Under the pieces are notes generated by a model. The model was not told the DNA's origin. It saw only the letters and a list, made by a program, of their open reading frames with translations, and ran no database searches. A program made the translations under genes and the position numbers. Shown here piece after piece: positions 60,178 through 64,000 of a DNA stretch of 64,000 nucleotides; the stretch's first letter is position 1; the number at the start of each line of letters is the position of its first letter. Source of the stretch: an uncultured Candidatus Saccharibacteria bacterium (GTDB taxonomy: Bacteria > Patescibacteriota > Minisyncoccia > Phycocordibacterales > GWA1-40-21); the NCBI GenBank assembly GCA_964613715.1, contig CAZTJK010000001.1, positions 9,990 through 73,989 on the forward strand. The letters run 5' to 3'.

Positions 60178-60313
60178 GAGCGTTTGGTCAGGATTTGAAT
60201 TCTCGCCGTCGCTCGAATTCAGCCCCGACCCTGCCTCGCAATCGCATGCAGCTGCATGCGATATTGCTGCGGCCATCGAAATGGCTCGCACGAGCAAAGT
60301 AGTTTGCTCGTAC
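60178..60313 (-). other. multi-hairpin structured element in the rpsI 3' region
   Basis: hairpin 60288-60313, perfect 22-bp palindrome 60241-60262, stem 60186-60230. Confidence 0.6.
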
Positions 60314-60730
60314 TTAGCGTTTCGACCACTGCGGAGCCTTGCGGGCTTTCTTGAGGCCGAATTTGCGGCGCTCCTTGGCGCGCGGGTCGCGCTTCAGATA
60401 GCCTTCCTTCTTGAGCGTTTTGCGGAGCTCTGGATCCATCTCGATCAGGATGCGGGCGATGCCGTGGCGGAGCGCTTCTGCCTGGGAATTCACGCCACCG
60501 CCAGTAATGACTGCGGTAATGGCAAGCGGAGATGGATTTGCCTTGGCAAGGGATTCAAGCGCAGCGATCTGCTGTGCTTCCACCTTGAAATAGTCGCTGA
60601 CACTCTTCCCACCATTGATGGTGACCGACTGCTTTGCAGCTGGCGTTGCGCGCACGCGGGCAACGGAGGTCTTGCGGCGTCCGACTGCTTCGACATATCT
60701 TCCTTCTGATTTTTTCGCGGTTTTTTCCAT
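60314..60730 (-). CDS. rpsI: 30S ribosomal protein S9
   Basis: GRRKTSVARV, ERRKFGLKKARKAPQWSKR. Confidence 0.97.
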   Translation of the reverse strand: MEKTAKKSEGRYVEAVGRRKTSVARVRATPAAKQSVTINGGKSVSDYFKVEAQQIAALESLAKANPSPLAITAVITGGGVNSQAEALRHGIARILIEMDPELRKTLKKEGYLKRDPRAKERRKFGLKKARKAPQWSKR

Positions 60731-60737
60731 GGCAGTA

Positions 60738-61091
60738 TTAGTCTTTGATGACGAGATTCTTGATAATGCGGCTCTTCAGCTTGTTGTGCGGGATCATACC
60801 GGAGACAGCGAGCTTGAGGACTGCACCCTTCCCTTTCTTTTCCACAATCTGCTGCATGCTCTTTTCATAGAGACCACCCGGGTAACCGGAATAGCGCTTG
60901 TAGATCTTCTCGGTCATTTTCTTTTCCGGCAAATCGAGCTTTGCGACATTTTCGACAATGACGGATACCGGGAAGACCTTATTGCGCGCATAGTCGGTGC
61001 GGTTCTTGCCGGTAAGAATCACCACGGCTTGTGCCGCGATTCTGCCGAGTTTGCCGCCTGTCGCATCGATGGTATAGGTTTTCTTTTCCAT
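60738..61091 (-). CDS. rplM: 50S ribosomal protein L13 (short)
   Basis: IDATGGKLGRIA, YSGYPGG, AVSGMIP. Confidence 0.93.
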   Translation of the reverse strand: MEKKTYTIDATGGKLGRIAAQAVVILTGKNRTDYARNKVFPVSVIVENVAKLDLPEKKMTEKIYKRYSGYPGGLYEKSMQQIVEKKGKGAVLKLAVSGMIPHNKLKSRIIKNLVIKD

Positions 61092-61101
61092 GGTGATTGT
61101 A

Positions 61102-61449
61102 TTATACGAATTCTATCTGGGCCATTCTCGCGCCGTCGGACAAGCGGGTATTGACCTTTGTCACGCGGGTATAGCCGCCCATGCGGTCCTTGTACTTCGG
61201 CGAGATCGATTTGACGATCTTTGATGCCGCGACCGGGCCAACATATGAAGCAACGAGTCTTGTAGCCGCAAGCGTGCCTGGCTTGCCCTTCGTGACAAGC
61301 TTCTCGACGAATGACTTCAAAACTTTCGCCTTGACCTCGGTCGTCGTGATCTTCTCGTCGCGGATAAGGGAAACAGCGAGCGACTTCACGAGCGCATTCC
61401 GCTGATTTCTCTCTCTGCCCAACTGCTTGATTTTGTTGCCGTGTAACAT
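61102..61449 (-). CDS. rplQ: 50S ribosomal protein L17
   Basis: ITTTEVKAK, GGYTRV, DGARMA. Confidence 0.95.
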   Translation of the reverse strand: MLHGNKIKQLGRERNQRNALVKSLAVSLIRDEKITTTEVKAKVLKSFVEKLVTKGKPGTLAATRLVASYVGPVAASKIVKSISPKYKDRMGGYTRVTKVNTRLSDGARMAQIEFV

Positions 61450-61458
61450 GGTGATTCG

Positions 61459-62415
61459 TTATTTGAGGGCGATACCTACGTTTGCAAGCGCCTTCTTGAT
61501 TTCCTGAATGCCTTTCGCACCGAGACCGTCGATATCGGTGAGGTCCTTTTCCTTCTTCTTGGCAAGGCCGCCAACCGTGCGGATATTGGCATTTGAAAGC
61601 GCATTGACCGTTCTGACGGAAAGGTCGAGCGTTTCGATGCGCGTCTTCAGGAATTCGGCATCGACTTCCTTTTCATCCGAAGCCTTGTCTGCCTTGGCGA
61701 CCTGCTTTTCCTCTGCCGGCTCTTCGAAGCCGACGACTGCCTTAAGCTGTTCTATCATAATGAAGATGGACTTTTCAAGGGTGTCTTTCGGCGTGATCGA
61801 TCCATCGGTCTCGATCGAGATCTTGAGCTTGTTGAAATCAGTGCGGTCGCCGACGCGCATGTTTTCCACCTCGTAATTGACGCGGCGAATCGGTGTGAAG
61901 ATCGCATCGAGCGCGATGGTGCCGATTTCCACCTTATCCTTCTGGATGATTTCCTTCGGCACGAAACCGAGGCCTTTCTGGATCTTCATTTCAATCGAAA
62001 GGTCAGTCGCCTTGTCGGTAACTGAAGCGATATACTGCTCAGGGTTCAGGACTTCTACTTGGCCCGGCACCTTGATATCAGCTGCGCTGACTTCCTTGAT
62101 TCCCTTTACTTTGAGCTCAACAGTGTATTCTGAATCAGTGGTCACCTTGAAGCGAACTTTCTTCAGATTGAGGATGATATTGATGACATCTTCCTTAACG
62201 CCTTTCAGGGTCGAGAACTCATGATCGACGCCGCCGATTTTTACTGCCGTGATCGCAACGCCGGGAATGGATGAGAGGATGATCCTGCGGAGCGAATTAC
62301 CGAGGGTGTGGCCATAGCCAGGATAGAGGCCGTCGATCTCATAGACGCCGGACATGCCGTCTTCCGAGACGATCTTTGGCTTTGAAGGCAACAATATTTT
62401 GTATGACTCAGACAT
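61459..62415 (-). CDS. rpoA: RNA polymerase alpha subunit
   Basis: GYGHTLGNSLRRIILSS, HEFS, LSVRTVNAL. Confidence 0.97.
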   Translation of the reverse strand: MSESYKILLPSKPKIVSEDGMSGVYEIDGLYPGYGHTLGNSLRRIILSSIPGVAITAVKIGGVDHEFSTLKGVKEDVINIILNLKKVRFKVTTDSEYTVELKVKGIKEVSAADIKVPGQVEVLNPEQYIASVTDKATDLSIEMKIQKGLGFVPKEIIQKDKVEIGTIALDAIFTPIRRVNYEVENMRVGDRTDFNKLKISIETDGSITPKDTLEKSIFIMIEQLKAVVGFEEPAEEKQVAKADKASDEKEVDAEFLKTRIETLDLSVRTVNALSNANIRTVGGLAKKKEKDLTDIDGLGAKGIQEIKKALANVGIALK

Positions 62416-62475
62416 ATGTATTATGTTATTTATAGTATGAAAAGTTTACGCGACGACGAAACTTCTTTTAATAAT

Positions 62476-63078
62476 TTATCTGCTGTAATACTGGAAAATC
62501 TGCGATACATCGAATGACACTTCGTTTGCGGCCATTTTCGGCATACCCTGCACTTTCGCCTCCCGCTTCGCCATGTCAAATGACAGCCATGACGGCACCT
62601 TATGTTCCTTCATCTTTTCTTCGAGATTATTGAATAATGCTTTCTGCTTGCTCGAATCGCGGATAGTGATGACATCGCCAATGGAAACGACGGATGACGG
62701 AATGGTCTGGCGCTTGCCGTTGACATTGATATGACCGTGGCTGACCATCTGGCGCGCTGCCTGGCGGGTCGATGCGAGGCCGAGGCGGTACATGACATTG
62801 TCGAGGCGGGTTTCAAGACGTGCAATGAGTGCTTCGGTCATATTGGCCGATTTGCTGTTGATGACGCGCTCGACGATGTTCTTGAACTGGCGCTCGCCGA
62901 TGCCGTAGGTGGCGCGGGCGCGCTGCTTTTCAATGAGCTTCATGCCGAAATCAGATCCTGGGCGGCGTGGCTTTGCCTTGCCGGTCTCGCTGCGCAGGGC
63001 GAATTTCTTGCCTTGCGTCTTTTCAAAAACGCTTGCTCCCAGTCTGCGTGCTATTTTGTATCGTTTTCCTGTTATCAT
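62476..63078 (-). CDS. rpsD: 30S ribosomal protein S4
   Basis: LIEKQR, LETRLDN, ARQMVSHGH. Confidence 0.96.
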   Translation of the reverse strand: MITGKRYKIARRLGASVFEKTQGKKFALRSETGKAKPRRPGSDFGMKLIEKQRARATYGIGERQFKNIVERVINSKSANMTEALIARLETRLDNVMYRLGLASTRQAARQMVSHGHINVNGKRQTIPSSVVSIGDVITIRDSSKQKALFNNLEEKMKEHKVPSWLSFDMAKREAKVQGMPKMAANEVSFDVSQIFQYYSR

Positions 63079-63083
63079 ATGTT

Positions 63084-63515
63084 TTATACTCTGCGAGGCT
63101 TCTTCGGCTGCGGACCATTGTGCGGCACTGGCGTCTCATCCTTTATATTCGTAATATTGACCGGCACTTTCGAAATGAAACCGCGGATCGCCGACTCGCG
63201 GCCGGAGCCAACGCCTTTGACCACTACGTCGAGCTCCTTCATGCCGAAATCCATGGCCTTCTCGCCAAGGACTTCGCCGACTTTCGCAGCTGCAAATGGC
63301 GTGCCTTTCTTTGCACCCTTGAAGCCGAGCGCGCCTGCGCTTGATGCTAGAAGCACATTGCCATGCTTGTCAGCCACGGAAACCATCGTGTTGTTATATG
63401 TCGATTGCACGAACAAGATGCCCGCTTCGACGCGCTTTTTCGACGACTTCTTTTCCGGAGCAGCCTTTGCCGCTTCGTTCTTTTCGTCTGTTTTTACTAT
63501 TCGTTTCTTACCCAT
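63084..63515 (-). CDS. rpsK: 30S ribosomal protein S11
   Basis: STYNNT, KKGTPFAA, TPVPHNG. Confidence 0.97.
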   Translation of the reverse strand: MGKKRIVKTDEKNEAAKAAPEKKSSKKRVEAGILFVQSTYNNTMVSVADKHGNVLLASSAGALGFKGAKKGTPFAAAKVGEVLGEKAMDFGMKELDVVVKGVGSGRESAIRGFISKVPVNITNIKDETPVPHNGPQPKKPRRV

Positions 63516-63536
63516 TGGTCGTTTGAATATTAAATT

Positions 63537-63917
63537 TTATTTCTTTTCTGCCGCCTTGCGTCCCGTGCCCATCGTCTTTCTGGTATTGCCGCGGAGGGTG
63601 CGGGAGTTTGTCTTTGTCCGCTGGCCGCGCGACGGGAGCTTTCTGATATGCCGGATACCGCGGTAGCTCTTGATATCCTTGAGGCGCTTGATATTGGCGC
63701 CGACTTCACGCTTGAGATCGCCTTCGATCTTACGGCTTTCGACGATTTTTCTGATTTTTGCCTCTTCGTCGGCATTGATCTCGCCCGGCTTCTTGTCCGG
63801 ATTCACTTTCGCCTGGACGAGGATATTGTAAGCAAGCGGAAGGCCGATGCCGTAGAGCACCGTGAGGCCGACTTTGAGTCTTTTATTTTCTGGGATGGTG
63901 ATACCTGCTATACGCAT
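63537..63917 (-). CDS. rpsM: 30S ribosomal protein S13
   Basis: MRIAG, YGIG, YRGIRH, RGQRTKTNSRT. Confidence 0.97.
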   Translation of the reverse strand: MRIAGITIPENKRLKVGLTVLYGIGLPLAYNILVQAKVNPDKKPGEINADEEAKIRKIVESRKIEGDLKREVGANIKRLKDIKSYRGIRHIRKLPSRGQRTKTNSRTLRGNTRKTMGTGRKAAEKK

Positions 63918-63974
63918 ACAAAATTCACAAGACAATTACATTAGCATTTCTTCCCCATAAAATCAAGGGGATAA

Positions 63975-64000
63975 CTAGCCCTGGCGCTGCTTATGGCGCG
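63975..64000 (-). CDS. rpmJ: 50S ribosomal protein L36, C-terminal end (partial)
   Basis: RHKQRQG-stop immediately upstream of rpsM. Confidence 0.85.

Overview
This window looks like core chromosome from a small-genome bacterium, most likely Patescibacteria/CPR (Parcubacteria-like). That is an inference from streamlined housekeeping proteins, almost no biosynthetic genes, many orphan secreted proteins, rplI being present and TGA acting as stop. The left part is mostly + strand: dus fragment, dnaX, tRNA-Gln, an accessory stretch, an ECF sigma/MacAB-like operon and rpoB-rpoC-dnaG-rpoD. Strands are mixed at about 35-43.9 kb. From 43.9 kb it is almost all - strand: mraY-ftsW-murG-gltX, scpAB, aspS, trpS, grpE-orf-dnaK-dnaJ and the end of the alpha ribosomal operon. 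I found no integrase, transposase or CRISPR array. The best unexplained signals are non-coding or very small: (1) a stand-alone ~470-nt transcript upstream of dnaX with a 26-aa ORF and a large multi-junction RNA; (2) an ORF between grpE and dnaK ending in an RAP arrest-like motif plus a hairpin; (3) a structured element after rpsI; (4) a switchable rpoBC leader; (5) pervasive leaderless genes contrasting with SD-led micro-ORF units; (6) a dif-like palindrome at the strand convergence. All structures and family calls were made by eye and need computational confirmation.
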